Shown in pieces: positions 38,933 through 51,668 of a stretch of 64,000 nucleotides of DNA. Origin of the DNA: Octopus sinensis. Lineage: Eukaryota. The position numbers were made by a program, and so were the translations under genes. Below the pieces are notes generated by a model. That model was not told the DNA's origin. It ran no database searches and worked only from the letters and a program-made list of their open reading frames with translations. The stretch spans positions 74,338,001 to 74,402,000 of the forward strand of contig NC_043006.1 in NCBI RefSeq assembly GCF_006345805.1, read 5' to 3'. Position 1 is the first letter of the stretch; every line of letters begins with the position of its first letter.

Positions 38933-39245
38933 TGGGCGCCTTGGACAAGTGGCTTTTCTTATCGCTTCGGGTCCACCAAAGCAGTGTGGAAACTGAAAGA
39001 AACCCGTGGTATACATATATATGTATATTTGTGTATGTGTGTGTGCGTCTTTCTGTCTATATTTGTCACCTCATCACAAATTGACAAGTGATGTTGGTGT
39101 GTTTATGTTCCCGTAACTTAGCGGTTCGTCAAAGGGTCCACAGAACTTATTAAAAACGTAATGAGGTCGATTCATTCGAGTAAATGTTCGAGGACGTGCT
39201 CCAGCATGGCCGCAGTCTAGTGACTAAAAGAAGTAAAAGATAAAA
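38933..39245 (+). mobile_element. SINE family A, partial
   Basis: CCTTGGACAAGTG core and GCTCCAGCATGGCCGCAGTC tail. Confidence 0.65.
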
Positions 39246-39265
39246 GGTATATGTATGTGTGTGTA

Positions 39266-39312
<47 letters not shown>

Positions 39313-39854
39313 TTATGTGTATGTCATTTGCGTGTTTGTATTCGGCAGGAATGACTCGCGAGTCAAGAGTTTCCTACATTGCAAATATCAGAGTCTGATA
39401 TGTTCGCTATTCAAAACAATGGCAGACGCTCGTCACACATGCACACACACTCACACACACACGCACACACGCACACACATACACACACACACGCACACAC
39501 ACACACACACACGTGCACACACGCTCACACACACATACACACATACGTACACATACATAAAGAAGCAGGAATATAAATGAGAAATCTATGTAAACTGAAG
39601 ATCACAGGATTAAAAAGAAGCTGGAAATATAACATCGGTCTTTGCTGATTCTATTGCCGTCGTTCGTTTCATTATAGGTTTGCATGATACCGTCCATACA
39701 TATTCAATTATTCATAATGCTGTACGTGTATACGTAACCTCCTGCCAACCTTCGTATACTTTTTATACGATTGACCACTCTCGCTTTGAACGTCTGTCCG
39801 ATCTGGTAAACGTAAAAAAAAAAAAAACAGAAATAAAAGACCACAGTCGTAATC

Positions 39855-39944
39855 ATTAATAATGATGATGATGATAATAATAATGATAATAATAATGATA
39901 ATAATAATGATGATGATGATGATGATAATAATGATGATGATGAA

Positions 39945-39986
<42 letters not shown>

Positions 39987-40114
39987 ATGAATGGTGATGA
40001 TGATAATGATGATGATGATATGAATGGTGATGATGATAATGATGATGATGATAAACTAAGGGATGGGAAGACACTTGGTAAGAAAAGGAAAGAAAATTAA
40101 AAGAAAAACTAATG

Positions 40115-40179
<65 letters not shown>

Positions 40180-40492
40180 AATAATAATCGTATGGTTGAT
40201 GATGATGATGATGATGATATGAATGATGATGATGACAATGATGGTGATGATGATAAGCTAAGGGATGTGAAGAAACTCGGCAAGAAATAGAAACAAAATT
40301 AAAAGAAGAAAAGTTAATAATAATAATAATAATAGTAATAATGATGATGACGATGACGAAGGTGGAGGGTGGGGTGGGGGGCAATACAGAAACATGTAAT
40401 AATGAAATGATAAAAATATGAAATAAGTATACACGGTATACACTGTAAAAGAAGGAACATATGCATAGCATACAAAAGTTAAAAAAATAATT

Positions 40493-40556
<64 letters not shown>

Positions 40557-40630
40557 CAACAATGAGGATGATGATGATGAGGAGGAGGAGGAGGAGGAGG
40601 AGGAGGAAATAATAATAATGATAATAATAA
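39855..40630. repeat. (GAT)/(AAT) microsatellite block with an about 200-bp local duplication
   Basis: CTAAGGGATG...AAAATTAAAAGAA occurs near 40056 and 40258. Confidence 0.85.
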
Positions 40631-40896
40631 TTCTATTTAATACGTCGGCAGTAGCGGCGTCTCTTCCGAGAATTGGTTATAGAGTTTCAGCGATGCAATA
40701 TTATTAAATATAATCTACGTTGTCAGATATCCAGTTCTTTCTGGTTATGTCTGTTTATTGGATTGTCATACATTTATGACAACGTCGGCCTATGTTGGAT
40801 CAACAGTGTATTTCCTGTGGGATATCGTAAATGAATGAGGTCAGTTGAATTGGGGGACATTTCCTTATTATTGCCATTAAGTTTTAGTTTTTGTAG

Positions 40897-40934
<38 letters not shown>

Positions 40935-41174
40935 TATTATTATTATTATCATTATTATTATTATTATTATTATTATTAATATTTTACTGTTTGTTCTTTC
41001 AGCATGTTAACGCTGAAGGAAATTGTCCGACAGATTAATGTTTGCTCATCATAAAGATAAAAAATATAACATAAGACTCTCATTAATACGTTTGACAAAA
41101 ATATCAGCAGATATGCATAAATTTGTCGATATATATTTGTGCATGATAATCTTCGTGAGTGGGTGTATGTTTAT

Positions 41175-41179
41175 GGACA

Positions 41180-41262
<83 letters not shown>

Positions 41263-41271
41263 ATATATATA

Positions 41272-41309
<38 letters not shown>

Positions 41310-41470
41310 CCTACCTATGTACCTATCTACCTACCTACCTACCTATCTACCTACTAACTACCTACTTACCTACCTACTTATCTCTCTTTCTATCTATCTA
41401 TTGTATCTACCTATCTATCTATCTATCTATCTATCTACCTACCTACCTACCTACCTACCTACCTACCTAT
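41175..41470. repeat. (TATC)/(TACC) tetranucleotide microsatellite
   Basis: Direct inspection; similar tracts at 16.6-16.9, 21.4-21.5 and 43.2-43.3 kb. Confidence 0.95.
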
Positions 41471-41530
41471 ATATATGTGCATAAGCATGCGTGGGAATAC
41501 GTACATATATGTGTGTGTGCGTGAATGTAT

Positions 41531-41807
41531 GTGGCTTAGGGGTTAGGATATTCGCTCACAATGATATAGTCTTAAGTTCGATTCCAGGTGGTGTGTTGTA
41601 TCATGACCAAGACACCTTTACTTCAAGTACCTCTAGTCCACTCAGCTCGCAAGAATGAGTCGTAGCTTTTCGCATTCTGTGTCACCCTCGACTTCTCTGT
41701 GAAGTACATTAAGGGCACACGTGTTTGTGGAGTGGTTAATTTCATGAGAAGGCTGCTTCGTTGATTCGATCAGTTGGAACATCTGTCGTCGTAACCGACA
41801 GAGTGCC
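41531..41807 (+). mobile_element. SINE family B, diverged
   Basis: Head and GTCGTAACCGACAGAGTGCC end. Confidence 0.7.
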
Positions 41808-41905
41808 TGTGTCTATACATAAATATATTTATATATATGTATATGTATATATGGGTGTGTATGTAAGTTTGTGTATAAATGTATGTATGCATATGTAAGT
41901 ATGCG

Positions 41906-41938
<33 letters not shown>

Positions 41939-41971
41939 AAGGAGATGTCGAACACGAGTGGTGATATATAA

Positions 41972-42151
41972 AAAAGGAAATGAAGAAAATGCTGACAAAT
42001 AATTGAAGTAATTTAAGAAATTTAATTAGGTGAAAGTTCTTTTTACCGGTTGCGCATTTAAGCATAACAAATGCGCAACCGGTAAAAACAACTTTCACCT
42101 AATTAAATTTCTTAAATTACTTCAATTATTTGTCAGCATTTTCTTCATTTC

Positions 42152-42156
<5 letters not shown>
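41972..42156. repeat. Near-perfect palindrome with 88-bp arms and 9-nt loop next to (TA)n
   Basis: 41972-42059 is the reverse complement of 42069-42156 with one mismatch; loop AAGCATAAC. Confidence 0.92.
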
Positions 42157-42183
<27 letters not shown>

Positions 42184-42456
42184 ACTACAGACACATATAT
42201 GTACATATATATACAGGCACACACACATATATATAGATATATACATACACACACACTCACACACGAAGAGCTATATGGACACCGTCAGATGCTTCTGAAC
42301 CAGTTGTGAGGCATCCCACCGGGACGGATCAATGCTAGATTGATCGAAACAATTGTAGTTATGAATAAAATCTCTCGTATCGTCCACCTTCCGTCTCTCT
42401 CATGAGCCGCACATACACACACACACACACACGCACAATGTAATCAAATAATATTG

Positions 42457-43181
42457 CAGCTTTGCCTAAATGGAGGACTACATCACTGGTGTAACATTCC
42501 GGTCCTTAAGAGGGTTGTGTGTGATTTTTAGAGAAATGTGGTCGCTTTTTCTAACTGGCCGAACATCCACATAGAAGCTGCAAAGCTGCAATACTATTAG
42601 ATTACAGTGTGTGTGTGTGGATTAATGCTGAGGAAATGTGAACAAGCCAGATGAAGTAATTCTACATCCGACTTTTCCATATTTCCTCACCATTAATCCA
42701 TCATGGATATTGTAAGAACTAAAACCGTGAAAGAAGCTGAACATGTAATTATCGAGAAATTTCACCCTCGTGTAACACTATACAAACAAGAAGATATATG
42801 GACATAAATTATATATATATATATGTACATATAAGTATGTAAGTATGCATGTATATGTACGTACACGCACAATTCACTCAAGAAGTATGGCCCATCATAG
42901 TACAAAACTTGACTTAAAAATAAAATTTAGCAAATCCTATTAGGTGGTGCCATTAAGTTAGCCTGGACCAATCTTTTGTCTTAACATATCAAAGTTCATT
43001 ATTTACATTATTTACATAATTCCTCATCTCTTAAATATAGAACCATATCAAAGTTATGTAACTTATCTAAGTTACATATCTATATACACGCAGATACACA
43101 TAGACACACATACACACAAACATATACACAAAAATATACATATACATGCATATATACATATTGATAAATAGATACATGAAC

Positions 43182-43269
<88 letters not shown>

Positions 43270-43784
43270 TGATTGATATGCTCGAGTCTATGTAACACAA
43301 GGGAGCTTTTGTATAACACTAACGACTCTGCCACTCACACCGCCTCTCTCAAATTACCTCAAACTGCAAACCCGTGGCACTCAATGTTAAATTCTTTAGT
43401 TTAAGATCATATCTTTGTAAGAGCTGATTAGGATGGAAACGCATTTAAGTAGATAATATTATTTCCCCGAAATGCTTGCATTTCTGCCGCAAGTAAACGA
43501 TAATAATTTCGGCAACTATGCGTAAAATTAAGTTATCATTAATTTCCATCGGTATCTTAATTATATTATTAATTAATGGATCAACAAATTACAACACATA
43601 TTCCCTATATAACGGAAAATAGTATTTTCAACTAAATTCATAATATTTCTAGCGAACAAGGCAGCATCTATGTGGATGTGCGGCCAGTTAGAAAAAGCGA
43701 CCACATTTCTCTAAAAATTACACACAACGCTCTTAGGAATTAAATGTTGCGTCGGTGATGTAGTCCTCTGTTTAGGCAAAGCTG
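42457..43784. repeat. About 125-bp inverted repeat pair (42457-42581 and 43661-43784)
   Basis: TTTTAGAGAAATGTGGTCGCTTTTTCTAACTGGCCG and flanks are present in opposite orientations. Confidence 0.85.
42997..43043 (+). mobile_element. 47-bp 5'-truncated, 5'-inverted insertion of the 3' end of the 3.9-kb HHR module
   Basis: 12-bp TSD CATATCAAAGTT (42985-42996 and 43044-43055); TAATTCCTCATCTCTTAAATATAGAAC identical to 3900-3926; the first part is the reverse complement of an AAATAATGTAAATAATG-type upstream sequence. Confidence 0.8.
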
Positions 43785-44559
43785 GAATTCTAATTGATTA
43801 CAGTTCTCTTCGTTGTCCAGAAACTAAAAAACACAACTGCGTCTAAAATAATTATGGTAGTACCACTTTTAATATTTAAGTATTAATACGTGTTTTCCTC
43901 GTTGTAAAAAGTAAAAAAGTCACTTTTTTCATGAATGATATATTGTAGGAGACTATCAAACTATTTTGAAGTCATCGTAAATTGCATCACGTTCTGGCTT
44001 TACAGTTCAGTGAATATAGATATTACTTATTAATCTTGTAAATTTGTCCTTTCAGTGACATAGTATATCTCCACTCTTTTACCAGTTCCAAAGCTTGAAT
44101 TTCACTAAAGGAAATATCAAGTATGCATAATAGAGTCTCCATATATAAAAATTCAAAATACAGTCACACACACACAAACACATACGCACACATGTAATAT
44201 ACATATATTTATGTAAGTATTGCCTATGCAAGTATGCATACATGTGTGTATATGTGTGTGTGTTTGTGTCTATGTGTATGTGTGTGTGTGTTTGTGTGCG
44301 TGTGTTACTCGTATGATATCATTGTCTTATGACAACCTATCAATGTTGTTACTAAATAATGTCATGCTGAATATGAACAGGTAAATTCACCAATCTTCGG
44401 ACATGGCTGAATGATGATTTACCATTGGATCCTTGTAACTACATTACATGGCTGTCATGATACTATAATAGTTAAACAAAAAATAATAATAATAATAATA
44501 ATAATGATATTAATAATAACAGCATGATCAATCTGAAGGAAGAAGAAAAAATAAACAAC

Positions 44560-44820
44560 TACGACGATTTAAAATGAGAAATACAAAGGTTGTGACCAAT
44601 GAACGGAGTAGGCGTGATGACAATAGTAATTGGTGCACTTGGATGTATCTGCACTGAACTACCAACATGGCTGAAAATCAGCATTGCTTGGAATTGCAAG
44701 AATTCTTCATAGGGTTCTTGAAGCATGACCAGTTAAACAAGTGTCACCTTAGTTTACTGGTTGTGGACAGCTGACACTTTCCATCATATCCAGCAAAATA
44801 AGCTCTGAGTTTTCATATAA
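44560..44820 (+). mobile_element. R4/Dong-like (restriction-like endonuclease) LINE 3' fragment
   Basis: VIGALG (44626-44643) and ALLGIARILHRVLEA* (44681-44728); lies between (AAT)n tracts. Confidence 0.7.
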
Positions 44821-44849
44821 CAACAGGAACAAGAACAATAATAATAATA

Positions 44850-44884
<35 letters not shown>

Positions 44885-44943
44885 AATAACAAATAATAAT
44901 AATAATGATACTACTAATAATAATAATGATAATAATAATAAGG

Positions 44944-44984
<41 letters not shown>

Positions 44985-45147
44985 GATAATAATAATAGGA
45001 AGAAGAAAAAGAAGAAAAGAAGCCATCTGAATCATGAAAAATTGAATACATTTATTCATACATACACACATACATACTTATACACACACACACACACAAA
45101 CACACACACAAACACACACACACACACATATATATGTAGCTATATAG

Positions 45148-45187
<40 letters not shown>

Positions 45188-45958
45188 TTATATAAATATA
45201 TATATATAAATGATTTTAGCTTATACTATGATCTCAGGAATCAGTGAAACATTGGCACCTCTGTAGTACATATATGAATATGTACCTACATATAATGGAC
45301 GGTGGTGTATGTTTGTATGTGTGTGTGCATAAATACCGCCATCTAACAGATTCCTAGAAGTTCTATAGAAAAGCGGTAAATTTGGTAAAATTTCCGGTAG
45401 ATATGTCAAACTAGTTTACTCGAACGTCCCAATACATGAAACAGCAAACATAACATTGGATAACAAGTGCGTATTATATTATAAAGTAAACTCATTTCCT
45501 GTACCAAGAAATATCTTGAGAAGTTTATGTTGTTCTGTCTGAATGAACTCAAATTCCGCTGTTTACAATTCAATCTAACGGCGCAGGAGGACTTGTTGCT
45601 TATGGGTACCCACCTGGGGTCGTATTGGTGGCGTTCTATATGATTAGTAGAAGAAACTTGTAAATAAATGTACGCATACATTGATCATAAATAACCGTAC
45701 ATTGATCATATGTTTATTACGACAAATACTGACTGATCGACTTATAGAATAGTTTGAAAAAAGTTTCAGCCTTACACTTATGATCCAACACAGCTCTAGC
45801 ATAAACTTCACGTCTTAACATTCTTGCATTCTAAGATATAAATATTGAAATAAGAATTACCACAGACAGTAGCTCCGTATGCAGAAAAATAAACCGCAAA
45901 TGCTTACATATGTACTCTGATAATGTTTATCCCTATAGGTATAAAATACCTATAGACA

Positions 45959-46350
45959 CCGGCGTGGCTTCGTGGTAAGAAGCTTGCTTCTCAACCAAAT
46001 GGTTCCAGGTTAAATCCCACTGTGTGGCACCTTGGGCAAATGTCTTCAACTATAGCCTTGGGCTGACCTGAGCCTTATGAGTGGATCTGGCAGATGGAAA
46101 CTGAAAGAAGCCCGTTGTATATATATGTGTATATTTATGTGTGTGTGTCTGTGTTTGTCCCCACGCCCTTGCTGGAAAACCAATGCTGGTATGTTCCCGT
46201 AATCTAGCGGTTCGACAAAAGAGACCGGTAGAATAAGTACTAGGCTGGCAACGAACATGTTCTGGGATCAATTTCTTCGATTAAAACCCTTAAGGCGGTG
46301 CTTCAGCATGGCCACAGTCAAATGGCTGAAACAAGTAAATGAATAAAAGA
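45959..46350 (+). mobile_element. SINE family A
   Basis: Full head, core and tail. Confidence 0.85.
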
Positions 46351-46940
46351 AATTCTTGTGTAGATGAGCCTTAACATTTTCGTTAATTAAAGAAGCTTTT
46401 AGAAAATTCAACATGTTAAACAAGTATCATTATATAATGCTACACTAATAAATTAGTAGACCAAACTAAAAAAAACAATACAACAAATTCTCTCAGATAC
46501 AGCACCCGTAAGCATACCCAAATTACGTATATACTACACGGAACAAATGCACTATGGTTCCTCAAAGGATAAATACGTCATTAAACGATTCATAAAAAAA
46601 GAACATAATATGTATCACATCGAACCACAAATTCATGATACATTTTATTACAAACACACCAGAATAAAGAAATAATAATCTTACCAAATCATCTATTCGA
46701 AACCGCAAATTTGCCAACTACAAAATGCTATTCAGAAAAGTAATGTAATATACAAATCCTAAAAGCTGTAAACTTCGTGACTCAAACTATTTCACCAGAC
46801 AAGCGTGTCAGACACTTTCCTGTTTATTAACTGTGCATTTATAACAGGAAACTATTGAAACTTACATTACACAAAATAAAATTAGATAAAATATTCGTTG
46901 ACACTCAAACAATTCTAAGAAGATTTCGATTAAAAATGAG

Positions 46941-47369
46941 GGATCTTTTCGGTTTGAACGGCAGTTTTTTCTAGCAGTGTCATGAAATCGTCACCCATAA
47001 TTATGACCCTAGAATCGATCTATTGCATTTCAATCTCTTTTAGGGTTAGGGTTAGTTATGGTTAGAGGTCAGGGGTGGGGGAAGGGTATCTTTTTTTCTT
47101 CACAAATGTAAATAAACCCAATCTGTTTCTTAAACGAGGGACATATTCATACGGCACAGAATGCTTCTTAACTCAATAGACGTCACTGATTGGTTGAAAT
47201 TGAGAAATTGAAGAAAAAAAACCCAAATATCTTACAAACTATAGAATTTTCTCAATAAAGGCAAGAGAAAAAGATGTTTTATAAACACATTCTACCAGTA
47301 TACGAAGTTTAAAATATTTTAGTTACCTAGAAATTATGTTAAAAAGTGTTGTTCAAACCGAAAAGATCC
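46941..47369. mobile_element. MITE with 19-bp TIRs and 8-bp TSD (Merlin- or hAT-like)
   Basis: Perfect TIR GGATCTTTTCGGTTTGAAC; TSD AAAATGAG at 46933-46940 and 47370-47377; internal TTAGGGTTAGGGTTAG. Confidence 0.85.
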
Positions 47370-49062
47370 AAAATGAGAAATTAAGCTTCGATAGCAAAAT
47401 AATCAGTAAATACCTCACACGTAAAATAACTCATGAAATCTACCCTGATGTAACCGTTGTATATTTTAAAAATATGGCGTGGATGATTTTACCATTTATT
47501 TTATCATTCCAACGATCCTTTGAAGTCTACGGTTAAGCGGGCGAACAGCATACTCTAATTACCATCAGTTCATTATTTGTAAAGTAAAATTCTAAAACCT
47601 TAGTGAATAAATGGATTTAGGAACGTTATATGTTCAAACAAAGCATAAAGGACCAATGACGAAATATGAAAAATACTTAATAAAAGAAATCACAGGCATA
47701 TGTTTAATAAAATATATATGCGAGTATGCTTCTTTTCTCTCTGATGCCTATGTATGCAAATAAGTATATGCTGAAAAATTACGCTATTAAATGAAATAGG
47801 TTGATTATGCGTAGACATTGTATAACCGATTAAATGTAATATAAGCCATTAGCTTTGTGTTTTTATGTTATTATATTGAATATTTGACTCAACCTGAAGC
47901 AAGATTTTCAATCTGAATATTTTGTATTTTAATTATGTACAATTCTCATTAAATTGCCATCTGTTATGTTATTTGGCTTATTTTTACAGATAATAGTTGA
48001 CACATGTATGACTAACAATGAATACGTAACTGCTCACCATTTCTGAATTTATCTGACATTGAGCATAAATTGTTATATACTCGCTTGATCATAATTATAC
48101 ATAAGTTAGGTATTTTTGATGTAATCCAGCTGATCAAAGGCGAATTCTTGTTACCCATACTTTATGATGTTGGGATTTCAGGGTTTTATATGCAGTAATT
48201 TCCCTGTAAAATTAACATTACGTTAGGAATAAATAATATGCAATTTATTATTGGAAAGCTTTTTGAAGTTGGAGAATTATTGTAAGAATGGATCGAACCA
48301 ATCTTCTACAAAATGATTGGTGCAGTTTTGAGTTCAAATCTCGTCGAGCTCAACTCTGCAGAGCTTTCCTCCGGTTACGAAAAGATAATACAACAGTCAT
48401 TTATTGAGACCTTTGTTATGAACAAACACCCACGCCACAGTGCCTCATGTCTATTTTATAAACAATCATTGATGTGTTTATGCATCAGTCTAAACACCCG
48501 CACGCCATTTCCAACGTTTTTTTTTTTTTTTCTTTTGGATACGAATTCATATCCAGCCGAGGTCAACTTTGCCTGTTATCCTGTCGGGGTTGATAAAATA
48601 AAGTACCAGTCAAGTACTGGGGTCGAGTATTATCGACTTATCCAATAACTTAATACAGTTGCTCTTGTGACTAAATCAGAGACCATTATTGTAGCTGTTG
48701 TTATATTTGTAGTTCGTGTTTTGTATCATGTTGGGGCAGATCTAAAAGATAATCCCAAAAGCAAGCTGCATATACTACTCTGTAGCATATGCACTGTTGT
48801 TCTAAGTAGTGCATACTTCTGGGCTGCTTGAAAATTGGTTTCAAATTTTTGGCAAAAGACCAGCAATTCCAAGGGAGCGGGTAAGTCTCATAGACTCCAT
48901 TGATTAATTCGTACTTATTTCATCGACCCGGAAAGGTTGAGAGGCAAAGTAAACATCAGTAGGATTTGAACTGAGAAAATAAAGTCGGAAAAAACGCCGT
49001 TAGACATTTTCCCGGCGCGTAACGATCCCGCCAGCTCTCCGATTTTGGGCTGCTTAAATATT

Positions 49063-49581
49063 TATTTCTTTATTGCCCACAGGGAGCTAAACATAGAGGG
49101 GACAAACAAGGACAGACAAACAGATTAAGTCGATTATATCGACCCCAGTGCGTAACTGGTACTTATTTAATCGACCCCGAAATGATGGAAGGCAAAGTCG
49201 ACCTCGGCGGAATTTGAACTCAGAACGTAGCGCCAGACAAAATATCTATTTCTTTACTACCTACAAGGGGCTAAACACAGAGAGGACAGACAAACGGATT
49301 AAGTCGACCTCGGCGGAATTTGAACTCAGAACGTAGCGTCAGGCGAAATATCTATTTCTTTACTACCCACAAGGGGCTACACACAGAGGGGACAAATAAG
49401 GACGGACAGACGGATTAAGTCGATTATATCGACCCCAGTGCGTAACTGGTACTTATTTAATCGACCCCGAAAGGATGAAAGGCGAAGTCGACCTCGGCGG
49501 AATTTGAACTCAGAACGTAGTGGCAGACGAAATACGTCTACGCATTTCGCCCGACGTGCTAACGTTTCTGCCAGCTCGCCG
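49063..49581 (-). mobile_element. SINE family C multimer with an internally deleted unit
   Basis: Three B-box/AAAGTCGACCTCGGCGG segments; candidate TSD TAAATATT. Confidence 0.85.
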
Positions 49582-50299
49582 TAAATATTAATATCGTTCG
49601 GGGTATGGTTGTTAAATTTTTCAATTCCCTTCTTTTTGAGTCCTACTATTCCAGTGAAGACTGGTATTATTTTTATCCCCATATTCCATAAACTACTATA
49701 AAGCATGAGAAAACCCAGCTGTTGAACAAACTATTGTACTTATGCGATTGCTTTACATTCTATTAAGAAGTGAAAAAATAAAAGTTTCGCCGTTCCTTAG
49801 TGTCCTCACTGACATTAATCTATTATCGCATGTTGATTCAGTGATGAATTAATTTTCATAAAGTTTAGAGATATTTCCTTAAGATTTGCTGCAATATTTA
49901 TTGCTTTTAAGTGATCCATGGGATGTCACCAGACATAAAGTGTCATTACAAAATGAAGATGCGTGTGAATAGAATCACCTTAACAAACCCATTTAATAGA
50001 AATGAATGCTATCGCACAATCTAGAAAATTAAGATTTATCGATTGGAGACATGTTATTTTGTTGCTATTTACTATCTAAAAAACTGCCTGTTTATTTCCT
50101 ACAATGAAATGTAAATTCACAAATACAGCTTACAAGGTAAGCAATGATGGTCGGTTATAATTATATGTTGTTTATATTAGAAACACATCCATATTAAGCA
50201 CAAGACTTTGTTGTTAGAAATAACAAATAAATCACTTCAAATTGTTATATAACGAAATAAAGGAAGATAACGCTGCTTCATCCTTTCTACTAAAGGAGC

Positions 50300-50470
50300 A
50301 AGGCCTGAAATTTGGGGCGTGGGGACTAGTCGATTACAACGACACCAGTGTTTTACTGGTACTTAATTTATCAACCCCGAAAGGATGAAAGGGAAAGTCG
50401 ACCTCGGCGGAATTTGAACTCAAAACGTAGCGATGGTCGAAATACCGCTTATCATTTCGTCTGGCGTGCT
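50300..50470 (-). mobile_element. SINE family C monomer
   Basis: Same body as the 26.5-kb units; further fragments at about 15770-15945, 48545-48650, 48880-49045 and 52530-52710. Confidence 0.75.
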
Positions 50471-51608
50471 TGCCCGCAGGCGTGGTTGTGTGGTAAGAAG
50501 CTTGTTTCCTAATCACATGGTTCCGAGTTCAGTCCCATTGCCTGACACCTTGGGTAAAGGTAACGCTGCTTAATGTCATCTTGGCAGCACTAAGACAGGG
50601 GTAAATAAATGGAATAGTCACGGATAGAAAGCGTTTGATCAAACCTCTATTAACTTTGCTAACGTATGCTAAACAGCAACATGGTTCCAATTTATGTCAT
50701 GAATTGTACGAAAATCAGTTTATTATTCATTACCACGACTTACAAAATTAACAGGAATTTATCTTTCGTTGACTTGTTTTGTATCAAGCTCAAATGAGTT
50801 AGTTTACGTCATATCTTGCGTGACAGTAAGTTAGTTCTACAAGAATAATAACTCACTATTATTGATTACTAGAACCGACGATTAAAACGGCTAGTATGCC
50901 TTCCTAGCTAGCCTGTTCTTTTCAGGTACAGCTATATGAACATTGAATCTTAAACATTCTAATTTAATTCGAACATTAGACACGGCGAAGCAGGAAAGAC
51001 CAATGTATGTGTGTTTTTGTGTGCGTGCGAGTAGGTGTTGCTGTGTTCTTTTGTTAGCGTGTACTCTGATATGATAATGCGATAGAATATCGTTCTCTCC
51101 AAGTTGTAGTTATCTACTGAAAGCCACCGAAACGTCTGCAGAAATCTACGAAAGCACCGATGTCTGAATACTCTTAGAAATTATGAGTAACGAGCATTTA
51201 AATCTTTACCTATGTTCCATCACTTCTCCGGTTTACGTTGAAATCCCATCATGGTTTATATGGCCGACAGACATAAACCACCATCCGGTTTAATAGCCAG
51301 AACCATATGGTACCTTGAATGCCATTAGCAGAATACTTTCTTTTGCAAGGACTCTGGCCAAGACCGCGATGTGAAGATACCCTCCTCCAATCCGTCTAAG
51401 AGACACTCTAAATAGTTATGGATACCGCCTGATCTTCATCAGTAAATGATTAAAAGAAACAGGAACCAAACTTGTTAAAATAAGGTTTCACCAATCGTGA
51501 ATGAGTTTGATTTCCAATTTCGGTGCGTTTACTCTCTCAGTTCAGTGAATAACAAATGTTTAATAATTTATGCACTCTATGAACTCAACCAACTGCAGTT
51601 ATAGACTG

Positions 51609-51668
<60 letters not shown>

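Noticed and set aside
51112-51140. CTGAAAG-CCACC-GAAACGTC
   Set aside because: The core lacks G8-A9, and there is no stem II or stem I pairing.
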